NCBI GenBank assembly: GCA_021818715.1
Contig: JAKATN010000003.1
Span: 31,093 to 95,092 of the forward strand
Direction: 5' to 3'
DNA length: 64,000 nucleotides
From: Thermoplasmata archaeon
GTDB lineage: Archaea > Thermoplasmatota > Thermoplasmata > Thermoplasmatales > Thermoplasmataceae
The notes below the pieces were generated by a model. The model searched no databases. It was given only the letters and a program-made list of their open reading frames with translations, and was not told the origin of the DNA. The position numbers were made by a program, and so were the translations under genes. Of the stretch, positions 56,112 through 64,000 are shown one piece after another. Numbering within the stretch: the stretch's first letter is position 1; every line of letters begins with the position of its first letter.

Positions 56112-56756
56112 TTATTCTGTCACCCAAGCAGATCTTTCCTTCTTTATCTTCCCGAGCTGCACCAGGTCTGCAAGAACCGAATCAAGAACCTCCAGGCTGA
56201 TGTTGAGGTCATATTGATCCTTCAGGATTTCCAGTATTTGGCCAGTGCTGAATTTCCCGTGGCAGGATTTCACTATGAGATTGTTAAGGTCTTCGTGGAT
56301 ATTCCATGGAAAGATGAACCATGTCCATTCCGATCCGCTTACCCCCCTGGCGAAGAAATCCGGTACGTGCTTTGACCGGTCAATGTGGAGCATCGTTGAG
56401 GTCTTCAGGGCAGCAGGGCCAAGGGATTGCACGTACTTCTTTGCGATGTCCATGCTCTCGCCTGTGTCTGTTATGTCGTCGACAATCAGGACTCTCCTCC
56501 CCTTCACGTTCAGGGAATCCGGCTTCCTGAGCACGGCCTGTCCATCCACATTCGCCGTCATTCCCCAGTGCTCGGTTTTCAGCGTGAACAGATCTTTTAT
56601 AAGGAGGCTGTCCGATAGTATACGGGCCGGCACCAGCCCTCCCCTTGATAACCCGATTATGAAGTCTGGATCAAAACTCCCGATTATCCTGCTTCTGAGT
56701 GTGTCGCACCAGTCAACTATCTCCTTCCATTCCACAAGTCTAGCTTTGAACTGCAC
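56112..56756 (-). CDS. Purine (hypoxanthine/guanine-type) phosphoribosyltransferase with a C-terminal extension
   Basis: It has the PRPP-binding motif VLIVDDITDTGES and GLSRGGLVPARIL. Confidence 0.8.
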   Translation of the reverse strand: MQFKARLVEWKEIVDWCDTLRSRIIGSFDPDFIIGLSRGGLVPARILSDSLLIKDLFTLKTEHWGMTANVDGQAVLRKPDSLNVKGRRVLIVDDITDTGESMDIAKKYVQSLGPAALKTSTMLHIDRSKHVPDFFARGVSGSEWTWFIFPWNIHEDLNNLIVKSCHGKFSTGQILEILKDQYDLNISLEVLDSVLADLVQLGKIKKERSAWVTE

Positions 56757-56791
56757 CGGGGTTAATGCAGAGCAGGTGATTTATTCTTTTT

Positions 56792-57391
56792 CTATAGTCC
56801 AGGGAACAGGAAAAGGAACATGGCGGTGCCAAATAGCATGGCGGCTACTGCGTAATCCATCCTGTTTGGCTTAAGGCGTGACAGGCGCAATCCTATCTGG
56901 CTGCCGGAAAAGCCGATTATCAGTGCCAGCGATAGGACGGTGGCTGCAATGAACGACAGTAGGATTGCTGATATCTGATATAACGGCAAACCTGCACCTG
57001 AGAGCAGGATCGGCATGAGCGCAAGGTCTGGAAAGATACTTACAAGCAGCAGTGAATTTCCGGTGCCAGGGCTGCCCTCGTGCCCGCCTTCCCTGTAACC
57101 GATCAGAACGAAGTATATCCCGATGATCACCAGAAGGGCTTCAGATACATAAAAAAGGTCAGAAATGAAAGGGCCAAGGAAAGTAAGCCCGGCTGACAGT
57201 GCCACAACTGCAATCAATGCCGAGGAGGAGGAGTGCCCCAGGCCGATTGCGGCGGCCATTTCATATTTCCTTCTCCTGCTGTAGTTTCTGCCGATTGATA
57301 CCGTGATGAGCGGCACCCAGTGATCAGGTGCTGCCATGTGCAGCCCTGCTACTGCTATCGCCACGATGAGCAGCAACAGGAATGATCCCAT
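56792..57391 (-). CDS. NicO/NiCoT-like metal (Ni/Co) transporter family membrane protein
   Basis: H-x4-D-H-like GLHMAAPDHW and LGHSSSS resemble the HX4DH and GHSS(V) NiCoT signatures. It has 6 TM helices. The call is tentative. Confidence 0.5.
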   Translation of the reverse strand: MGSFLLLLIVAIAVAGLHMAAPDHWVPLITVSIGRNYSRRRKYEMAAAIGLGHSSSSALIAVVALSAGLTFLGPFISDLFYVSEALLVIIGIYFVLIGYREGGHEGSPGTGNSLLLVSIFPDLALMPILLSGAGLPLYQISAILLSFIAATVLSLALIIGFSGSQIGLRLSRLKPNRMDYAVAAMLFGTAMFLFLFPGL

Positions 57392-57522
57392 GGCACCCGA
57401 TCAACTGGATCTATTTAACACGAAATCATCAAATTATCACCGCCCACATAAGCGCCCGTATCTTTTCGCAGACGAGTAATGCTGATTGGAACAGTTTAAT
57501 AATGACGGTATAATTCATTCAC

Positions 57523-58368
57523 ATGGATGCAACGTACTATTACCTTGGAGGCTTCCTGCTTTTCATTGTCATAATTATCCTGCTGTCCGGTATACATGTA
57601 CTGAAGGAGTGGGAAAGGGCTGTTGTCCTTACCCTTGGACGCTATGGGGGAATAAAAGGGCCGGGAATTATATTTGTCACGCCGATAGTCAGCAAAATAA
57701 CCAAGATTTCAACAAGGATACAGGTGGTTGCCTTCAAGAGTGAAGCATCTTTCACCAAGGATAACGTTCCCGTCAACATCGATGCCGTCATGTATTACCA
57801 GGTGGTCGATGCCCAGAAGGCTGTGCTGAACATCGAGAGTTATTATAACGGTACAAATCTTTCAGCGCAGACCACGATAAGGGAGGTTATTGGAAAATAT
57901 TCCTTCGACGAGGTCCTTTCCGAAAGAGAGAAAATTGCGGTCAGCGCAAGGGAGATCATCGACGAGAAAACGGAACATTGGGGAGTCAAGGTTTCTGGCG
58001 TGGAAATTAGGGATGTGCAGGTCCCCCAGTCGCTTCAGGAAGCCATGTCCAGACAGGCTTCGGCAGAGAGGGAGAGGAGATCGAGAGTTACCCTCGCCAT
58101 AGCAGAAGTGGAGGCTTCACAGAAGATGTCAGAGGCGTCAAACCAGTACCTGAACAATCCAATAGCTTTCCAGTTGAGGTGGATGAATATCCTTTACGAA
58201 ATCGGGCTGGAAGGGAAGGGGAGCCTCATGATGATACCGATGCAGGTTGCTGCAGCGGCCGACATCAATGCTCTTTCTGCGCTCGGGCTAAAGTCTGTAG
58301 CTCAGGCGAACAAATCAGCATCCGGCGACAGAAGTGCCACGTCCCAGCAGCCTGGTACTCAGCAGTAA
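57523..58368 (+). CDS. SPFH/band-7 (stomatin-like) protein
   Basis: It has an N-terminal TM, EWERAVVLTLGRY, FTKDNVPVNIDAV.YYQV and a coiled-coil A/E/R-rich tail. Confidence 0.9.
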   Translation: MDATYYYLGGFLLFIVIIILLSGIHVLKEWERAVVLTLGRYGGIKGPGIIFVTPIVSKITKISTRIQVVAFKSEASFTKDNVPVNIDAVMYYQVVDAQKAVLNIESYYNGTNLSAQTTIREVIGKYSFDEVLSEREKIAVSAREIIDEKTEHWGVKVSGVEIRDVQVPQSLQEAMSRQASAERERRSRVTLAIAEVEASQKMSEASNQYLNNPIAFQLRWMNILYEIGLEGKGSLMMIPMQVAAAADINALSALGLKSVAQANKSASGDRSATSQQPGTQQ

Positions 58369-58387
58369 GCACTCCGTGATGCCTGTT

Positions 58388-59371
58388 TCAGAAAGCGGAG
58401 GATACCCGGTCTATTACAAGAAGAGACAGATCCATAAGGGTGTCCAGTGAAGGGGATTTGCCTGTCTTTCCCAGGTATTCAATTGATTTCTCAGAGTGAT
58501 ATTTCGCACGTTCAAAAGAGTAGTCCAGTGCCCCGGTGTTAGCCAGGGCTTCCTTGATTCTTTTATTCCTTTCCTCAGCGGGAATGTTCGAGGTGAGGAT
58601 CTTTCTGAACTCGCCGCCTCTTTCGCCGTCCCTGGCAAGCGCATAGATGATCGGAAGCGTGATTGTGCTCTGCTTAAGATCGTTAAAGATAGGTTTCCCA
58701 GTTTCGCTCTGGTCCCCAACTATGTCAAGTATGTCGTCTGTAATCTGAAATGCCAGTCCCATCTGATAGGCAAAGTTGTGCATGTCCTGCTGGATTTCCT
58801 TGCTTGCACCTCCAGCCATGGCGGCTGCCTTTGCGCACGCGGCAAAGAAATTGGCAGTCTTGTCCGAAATAATCCTGATATAGGTATCCTCTGACATTTC
58901 TAGGTTTCCCATGTTGAAGTATTCCCTTACCTGGCCCTCTGCCAGTTTAGATGCACCCCATGCCAGGACCTTAGCAACCTCCTGCCCATACTGCGACGCC
59001 AGCTCGAATCCTTTGGTAAAAAGGTAGTCGCCGACAACGATGGCATTATAGATGCCGTACTTGTGGAAGAGAGTTTCCCGTCCCCTTCTCAGGTCGGACT
59101 TGTCCATAACGTCATCATGTATAAGACTGGCAGTGTGGACCAATTCATTGCTGACGGCAAGATCTATTGCATCTTCGTACCCGCCATTACCGGCTACGCT
59201 GTAACTTAGCAGTGTGAGGATTGGCCTGACCCTCTTTCCACCCGCTTCAATGGTATATTTTGCCATGGAGTCGAGATGTGGCTCTACGGAAGATACGACT
59301 TCTATCAGTCGGTTGTTGATTATGAAGATCTTATCCGCAAGGCTGAGTTCCCACTCCCTGATGTCTTTCAT
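58388..59371 (-). CDS. idsA: Polyprenyl (geranylgeranyl) diphosphate synthase
   Basis: The FARM is LIHDDVMDKSDLRRG and the SARM is FQITDDILD. Confidence 0.9.
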   Translation of the reverse strand: MKDIREWELSLADKIFIINNRLIEVVSSVEPHLDSMAKYTIEAGGKRVRPILTLLSYSVAGNGGYEDAIDLAVSNELVHTASLIHDDVMDKSDLRRGRETLFHKYGIYNAIVVGDYLFTKGFELASQYGQEVAKVLAWGASKLAEGQVREYFNMGNLEMSEDTYIRIISDKTANFFAACAKAAAMAGGASKEIQQDMHNFAYQMGLAFQITDDILDIVGDQSETGKPIFNDLKQSTITLPIIYALARDGERGGEFRKILTSNIPAEERNKRIKEALANTGALDYSFERAKYHSEKSIEYLGKTGKSPSLDTLMDLSLLVIDRVSSAF

Positions 59372-59431
59372 GAATCACGGTTACCTTGATGCGGAATTGC
59401 TCCATCGGTTATAAGTTTGAATAATGGGGTT

Positions 59432-59701
59432 TTACCTTTTAAGGGTTATCTCTATCGACGAAACGTTTGAGTCCCCCCTATCGCTGTGTACCACTTCTGT
59501 TTCGAGGTTTATCTTGTCATACTTCACTTCCTGGATAAATTTGTGCCTTGTGATCTCCGCGATGTCCACGGCCTTGCTGATTGCCTTCCCCCTGGCCTTT
59601 ATTACGATGTGGTCAACGTGGTTGTTGAATTGCGTAACGATTGCAAGCACGTAGTTCATTGTTGGTTTTTTACCGACATAGATGATGTTTAGCTCAGGCA
59701 T
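59432..59701 (-). CDS. albA: Chromatin protein Alba
   Basis: It has NIIYVGKKPTMNYVLAIVTQF......IVIKARGKAISKAVDIAE. Confidence 0.92.
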   Translation of the reverse strand: MPELNIIYVGKKPTMNYVLAIVTQFNNHVDHIVIKARGKAISKAVDIAEITRHKFIQEVKYDKINLETEVVHSDRGDSNVSSIEITLKR

Positions 59702-59984
59702 GCTATGACCTCCTGGTAAGATTTGATTTTCTTATTTAATCGTATCGCCAATCAAGCGAATTTTGAGAAATTATACTGCCTCTCTCCCCCCGAGCAAACA
59801 TTGAATGTCGGGTGAAAACGGTTGACGAAGGATCAAGGAATATCGTACGAAGAGCGATTAACCGGATGCTGAAACTACAATGTTGGAGATCTTTCAATCT
59901 TCGCCCTTGCAGATGAAGGTGGGATAATTTGGTGTTTCTTGCATAATGTCTAATCCTTTTGTTTTCTGAATAATCGTGATAAAT

Positions 59985-60923
59985 TCATATCCATTTCCAC
60001 AGTTCCTCGTCCAGTTCCGAATAATATTCCAGCAGGGGATGCGATCCATGATCCGCCATGAGTGAATTCATCATTATGGAAACGTATTCATCTGCTTCCG
60101 CAGCAGGTACGAATGTGGTATCGTAAAGCCTGTCTCCATCAAGCGTCAGGAAGAAAGCTATCCTTGGGATTCGTGCTTCATTCCCCATTTTTCTACCTTC
60201 CATCAGGGACTTCTCGTACACGTACGTTTCGTATACATTATCGTCCTTAGATATTGCCCTGACCAGATCGCTCTTCAATGATGAGGACGCGTAAAGCAGC
60301 ACCTTTATGCCACCATCGGAGACTGACCTGCCTTCTATTTCTGCGACTGTATCCGCGTGGCTTTCGGCAATGTATTTCATCAATGGATTCTCAAGCGGTA
60401 CAGGTATGGATATCCTCACGACTGCAAGAGGAGTCTGGGAATGCATCTCTTCCATTCTCTCCCTGAGATTCCTGGCATGCGTGAGCTTGGCAATCCTGAA
60501 ATTCTGGTTTTTCCCGATCACCGTTGAAAGTATGTCGTTCAACTCGTGCAGTTTTTTGCTGTGAAACCTGAAATCCAGGAAGAGTTCATCCTTAAGCATA
60601 TAAGTATTGTTCAACGCTACCGATGGCGCATCCAGCAGTTCGCCTATGGACTTCATTCCCTCAATGTTGTTGATTCTCTCGCTTATGGAATAGTATGATC
60701 TCTTCTCAATGAGATCCTTCCTTGAAAGAACCGGTGTCATCGCCTGACCGGGCTTTCCTGACTTCGGGAAGAACAGCTGAATGTATGTTTTTTCTTCCTC
60801 GGCGTATACATAAGCTGGGATCACTTCATTCATCCTTGCAAGCAGATCAAATATTCCCTTGTGCTGCCTAATTGCAATTACACATCTTCTATCCAGTTTT
60901 GTGTGAATTTCGCTTATTTTCAT
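59985..60923 (-). CDS. Hypothetical protein
   Basis: It is a clean 312-aa ORF with ordinary globular composition. No motif is recognised. Confidence 0.45.
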   Translation of the reverse strand: MKISEIHTKLDRRCVIAIRQHKGIFDLLARMNEVIPAYVYAEEEKTYIQLFFPKSGKPGQAMTPVLSRKDLIEKRSYYSISERINNIEGMKSIGELLDAPSVALNNTYMLKDELFLDFRFHSKKLHELNDILSTVIGKNQNFRIAKLTHARNLRERMEEMHSQTPLAVVRISIPVPLENPLMKYIAESHADTVAEIEGRSVSDGGIKVLLYASSSLKSDLVRAISKDDNVYETYVYEKSLMEGRKMGNEARIPRIAFFLTLDGDRLYDTTFVPAAEADEYVSIMMNSLMADHGSHPLLEYYSELDEELWKWI

Positions 60924-61245
60924 GGGAACTCTTTTCTCATTCTTTGCAACAATTAATTATCCTCCGGTGGAAAACCGCACGACCTGTATTTTATGGGTTC
61001 AATGGACTCAAATATAGGGGCCAATATTGGATACACCTTTTATCACATACTAAATGATATTAAATAAAACTTTTTATAGATTAGTAACAGACAATGCATC
61101 GATCACATAACTCGAACCTGTTTGAACGCACGAGTCATACAACCTGCCTGTTGACCACCAGCCTTGACGATCTGACTGAAAATCTGAATCTGGTTAGCAT
61201 CCCCTGCCAGAGTCAGGCAGCAATTATACTGCTGTGACTTTAGCG

Positions 61246-61665
61246 CTATGCCTTTCGCCTGAAATAGTTGAGTTTGATCATCGAGTCCGTGGACTTTACG
61301 CCCTCAATCTCCCTGATGTCATTTATGATCCCGTTCAGTTCCTCAGATCCGTTGCACCATAGCTGAATCGCAAGGTCGTACTTCCCTGAGATCTCATATA
61401 TATCCTTGAACAGGCGGGAAAGTTCAGCCGTAACCCTTTCCGTCTCCTTTGGATCCACCTTCACCAGAATTATTGCGGATATACCCTTTGTACCCCTCAA
61501 CATTGTGAATTTACTGATGTATCCATCCTTAACCAGTCTTGAGATCCTGTTCCTGACAGTGCCTTCTGAAATTCCAATTGCCTCTGCAATTTCCACGTTT
61601 GAGGCCCTGGAATTCACTTCAAGTAATTCCATTATCCTGTTGTCTATTTCATCCGGATCAGTCAT
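61246..61665 (-). CDS. lrp: Lrp/AsnC-family transcriptional regulator (full length, HTH + RAM)
   Basis: The HTH reads DNRIMELLEVNSRASNVEIAEAIGISEGTVRNRISRL, followed by a RAM domain. Confidence 0.9.
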   Translation of the reverse strand: MTDPDEIDNRIMELLEVNSRASNVEIAEAIGISEGTVRNRISRLVKDGYISKFTMLRGTKGISAIILVKVDPKETERVTAELSRLFKDIYEISGKYDLAIQLWCNGSEELNGIINDIREIEGVKSTDSMIKLNYFRRKA

Positions 61666-61902
61666 GGACAGCGTATAATCAGAGACGGGCTATATATCTT
61701 TTCCAGAATATTTATCAAAGGTCGGACCCGCTTGGCGTTTGGGATTGGATGATGCCGATCAGCAATATGCACCAGGCCTTCCAAATTATCAGGACTCATT
61801 TCTGTTTCCAAAACCTTATGCGTGGTTGCCTGTCGATTCATGGCCTGTCACTGCGGAACCTTAAGGCAAAATTATAGGCCCGGTTCCCACATTGGTACTT
61901 GC

Positions 61903-62178
61903 TCACCGGTAAAGCGACTGCCCTTTTGAGTCGTCTGCTTTTTTCTTCTGAATAAGCTCCTTTGGAACTTTCTTGACCCTTATTATGTTGGTCGCCTGAA
62001 CCATGTAAAGCGGTAAACCATTATTGGGATCGTTGCCTCCTTTCATAATTGAGACTATTTCCATCTTTATCTGAATGACGGAACCGTCGCCCAGGTTCAC
62101 AGTAATCCATTTGGGTTCCTCCTCAAGCTCAAAATCAACAACTTCTCCATCAGCCGGGAAGTTTGGATTGTTCATCAT
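61903..62178 (-). CDS. Hypothetical small protein
   Basis: The 91-aa ORF has a beta-rich core and a basic tail (KKVPKELIQKKKADDSKG). No family is recognised. Confidence 0.35.
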   Translation of the reverse strand: MMNNPNFPADGEVVDFELEEEPKWITVNLGDGSVIQIKMEIVSIMKGGNDPNNGLPLYMVQATNIIRVKKVPKELIQKKKADDSKGQSLYR

Positions 62179-62410
62179 TCGTGTGTATTGGGATTCACGT
62201 TAATAATGTTCAGCATCGGAAATCCAGCAGACATATCGGGATATTTGGAAAGGGAGAAATCGTTGCTATCCCTCCAGAACAGTGTTACCCCGGGTTTGAA
62301 TACTTTATCATAATCCCAAAAGTCGGGGCAAATTTCAGGAAGTATAGTTCTGAGTTCCAGTTATTGATGCCGCTTGCTTTGCATATTCTTCCGATGGCAG
62401 GGGTTTTAGA

Positions 62411-62420
62411 TTTATAATAT
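62411..62420 (+). promoter_or_regulatory. TATA box of the tRNA-Leu promoter
   Basis: TTTATAATAT is centred about 31 nt upstream of tRNA position 1 (62447). Confidence 0.5.
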
Positions 62421-62446
62421 ACCGCTTGGGTATTTACCAGAACTAT

Positions 62447-62531
62447 GCGAGGGTAACAAAGCCTGGCCAACTGTGCAGGACTTAAGATCCTGTCCCGTAG
62501 GGGTTCGTGGGTTCAAATCCCATCCCTCGCA
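62447..62531 (+). tRNA. tRNA-Leu (anticodon UAA)
   Basis: The acceptor is GCGAGGG/CCCTCGC plus A. The anticodon arm is CAGGA-CT-TAA-GA-TCCTG. It has a long variable arm (CCCGTAGGG) and a T arm GTGGG-TTCAAAT-CCCAT. It is 85 nt. Confidence 0.93.
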
Positions 62532-62540
62532 TCGCGTTAC

Positions 62541-62549
62541 TTTCTTTTT
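62541..62549 (+). terminator. Oligo-T tract downstream of tRNA-Leu
   Basis: TTTCTTTTT begins 10 nt after the tRNA 3' end. Archaeal terminators are typically T-runs. Confidence 0.4.
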
Positions 62550-62835
62550 CATGCATATCGCTGGATGTCCGATAAAAGCCTCCGGGAATTCCCATCAAGG
62601 CTCATTGTTTCCTGAACTGTCAAACTGGGGGCAGAAACCTGAACCTCTGACGCGTTTCATGGATCCCTGAGCCTTCTGCGACCTAGCATAAAAAAGCCAA
62701 TCACTAACACATACTGTTCTTTTGAAATTTTTTGTGAAAACTTCAATCCCTAAATCGATGTCCCCATAAACTGCCAGAAGTCTGATGCTAGATACAGAAA
62801 GGTAATCCTGGAAAAAGATGAAATTTGGAAATCCC

Positions 62836-62946
62836 ATGGAGTTTACGCAGGAAGAAGAGTTTGTGGCATGGTTACAAAGACTTCGTGCACAATCAAGGAA
62901 AACCCACATGGAAATTGGATCGCACTTCAGTAATCTCGCTCTCTAA
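62836..62946 (+). pseudogene. Short fragment resembling the N-terminal SAM-like domain of a tyrosine recombinase/integrase
   Basis: The 36-aa ORF MEFTQEEEFVAWLQRLRAQSRKTHMEIGSHFSNLAL* resembles the F..WL......S..T...Y...L pattern. It lies about 300 nt downstream of tRNA-Leu in an otherwise non-coding stretch. This is weak evidence. Confidence 0.3.
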
Positions 62947-63380
62947 AATAGCAATGAACGGTGTTTTGCAAAGCGGGAACCTCAGTGAGCATAAAAATTA
63001 TAGCCTCCCTAACTAATATGGCATCATCGTTGATCGGGAGGCAAACATTTTGGCGAGATTAAATTTTGGAATGTGCAAGAATTGTGGGCATCAGCTCGCC
63101 ATGGTGGATTCGGCCTGGCTGCATCATATCACCCGTAGCAGGCTCCGGAGTCTCCCACACTGGCCTGCTGGCCATATTATCACGGTGGATTGCAAGTGGC
63201 ACTGCGAATGCAAGAATCCCGAAGTAGATCGCACCAAGCCTGTGAAATCGGGATTTGTGTACCTGGGTAAGAATAGCGATAGATAGGCAACACCGGAAGT
63301 GTTTGGCAATTGCCTGCATTATTTTGTAATTTTCACATTCATTGATTAAGCCGATAGCTTGCGCGCATGGCGATTTGTTT

Positions 63381-64000
63381 TCAACCTCCCTCTTTCTGAT
63401 CCCTGTTTGCAGACTGTTCTGGCAATTCCATCTCCCGGTTTATTTCTGCAAGCAGCTCTTCATAGAGGTGGGATTCGTCAGGGTTCTCCCTTAAGGCATC
63501 TATAAAGGAGGAGGGCCGGCCCTTCCAATCCAGGATTGCCCCAATTTTGCTCTTGAGCTTTTCAAGCTGCTTGTCAGGAGTTTTCTGGAATGTAATCTTG
63601 AAAGACGGCGGTTTCCCTCTGTTCACCGGGTTTCTCAGTGCTATGTACCCTATGGCAGCTTCTATGTTATTTTCCGGTATACCGGTGGTGCTTGAGTAAA
63701 GCCGTCTGTACGCCTCAAGCTGCACCATATGATCATTGGAATATCCTTCGTTTTTGGAGGTCTTCCAGTCGAGAATCAGGTATTTGGAGCCGTTGCTCAG
63801 GATGAGGTCAGCGGCGCCCCGGAAAGTAATGTCTTGGTCCATCCCAAGCAGTTTGTCGAGGGATACCTCCATCCATTTTTCTGCAGCGCTCACTTTGGGG
63901 AACTCCCTCTGTAACGTCCCGATGACCGAGGAAATGTTCATCGCATAAGGCTTATCCTCAGGCTTCACTTCTATGAGTTCTCCGTTTGCTATTTTCTGGG
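63381..64000 (-). CDS. PD-(D/E)xK (RecB/AddB-like) nuclease domain; C-terminal part of a larger protein whose 5' end lies beyond the window
   Basis: It has GAADLIL...YLILDWKTSK (D...D/ExK) and QLEAYRRLY (QxxxY). The frame stays open upstream of the GTG at 63968 to the window edge. Confidence 0.6.
   Translation of the reverse strand, partial: QKIANGELIEVKPEDKPYAMNISSVIGTLQREFPKVSAAEKWMEVSLDKLLGMDQDITFRGAADLILSNGSKYLILDWKTSKNEGYSNDHMVQLEAYRRLYSSTTGIPENNIEAAIGYIALRNPVNRGKPPSFKITFQKTPDKQLEKLKSKIGAILDWKGRPSSFIDALRENPDESHLYEELLAEINREMELPEQSANRDQKEGG

Noticed and set aside
59870-59970. A possible box C/D sRNA upstream of the 312-aa hypothetical gene (AGATGAAG … CTGA).
   Set aside because: The C box deviates from RUGAUGA, no C'/D' pair is present, and there is no terminal stem. 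It is likely chance.
62473-62670. A 65-aa ORF overlapping the 3' half of tRNA-Leu.
   Set aside because: It overlaps the tRNA gene and its terminator, and no coding features are present.
63050-63319. Overlapping ORFs 63050..63286 (+, Cys-rich, TTG start) and 63059..63319 (-, one hydrophobic helix).
   Set aside because: They are mutually exclusive and neither has recognisable motifs or a convincing start. They are treated as part of the decayed region next to tRNA-Leu.
1-64000. A search for CRISPR arrays, rRNA genes and large tandem or inverted repeats.
   Set aside because: No regularly spaced direct repeats of 24-40 bp and no rRNA-like conserved stretches were seen on either strand. The only repeats noticed are the short ones reported above.

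Overview
This is a gene-dense archaeal chromosomal segment. The gene content and signatures point to Thermoplasmata: TBP, proteasome alpha, archaeal DnaG, Alba, GINS, EndA, SBDS, Sec61-beta, split methylmalonyl-CoA mutase, an intein-bearing SufB and an MDD-like GHMP protein. This taxonomic call is inference. About 70 CDS are called. Most are housekeeping: guaA subunit B, rpe, mcm/meaB, a complete sufCBDSU-ferredoxin operon, glyS, pckG, psmA, arcC, GGPP synthase, S2 and truD. RNA genes found by eye are RNase P RNA (10100..10434, minus), tRNA-Glu(CUC) and tRNA-Leu(UAA). No CRISPR array or rRNA was seen. The main hunt result is an A+T-richer islet at about 11.1-14.9 kb. It carries small Cys-containing ORFs, a ThiF/E1-like adenylyltransferase with an N-terminal PqqD/RRE-like domain, and a polytopic HExxH metalloprotease that also starts with a PqqD/RRE-like domain. 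Decayed transposase fragments flank it. I read this as a candidate, apparently undescribed archaeal peptide-modification (RiPP-like or Ubl-like) cassette. The second system is a vWA + PP2C + membrane Ser/Thr kinase triad (50.0-53.3 kb) resembling the bacterial TerY-P triad. Further observations include a 359-aa LAGLIDADG-type intein in SufB with apparently degenerate endonuclease motifs, a PPAT-NTPase fusion, a protease-less Lon-like AAA+ protein, a divergent small GTPase coupled to endA, and a decayed integrase-like fragment next to tRNA-Leu. All homology calls come from motif recognition by eye and need database confirmation.
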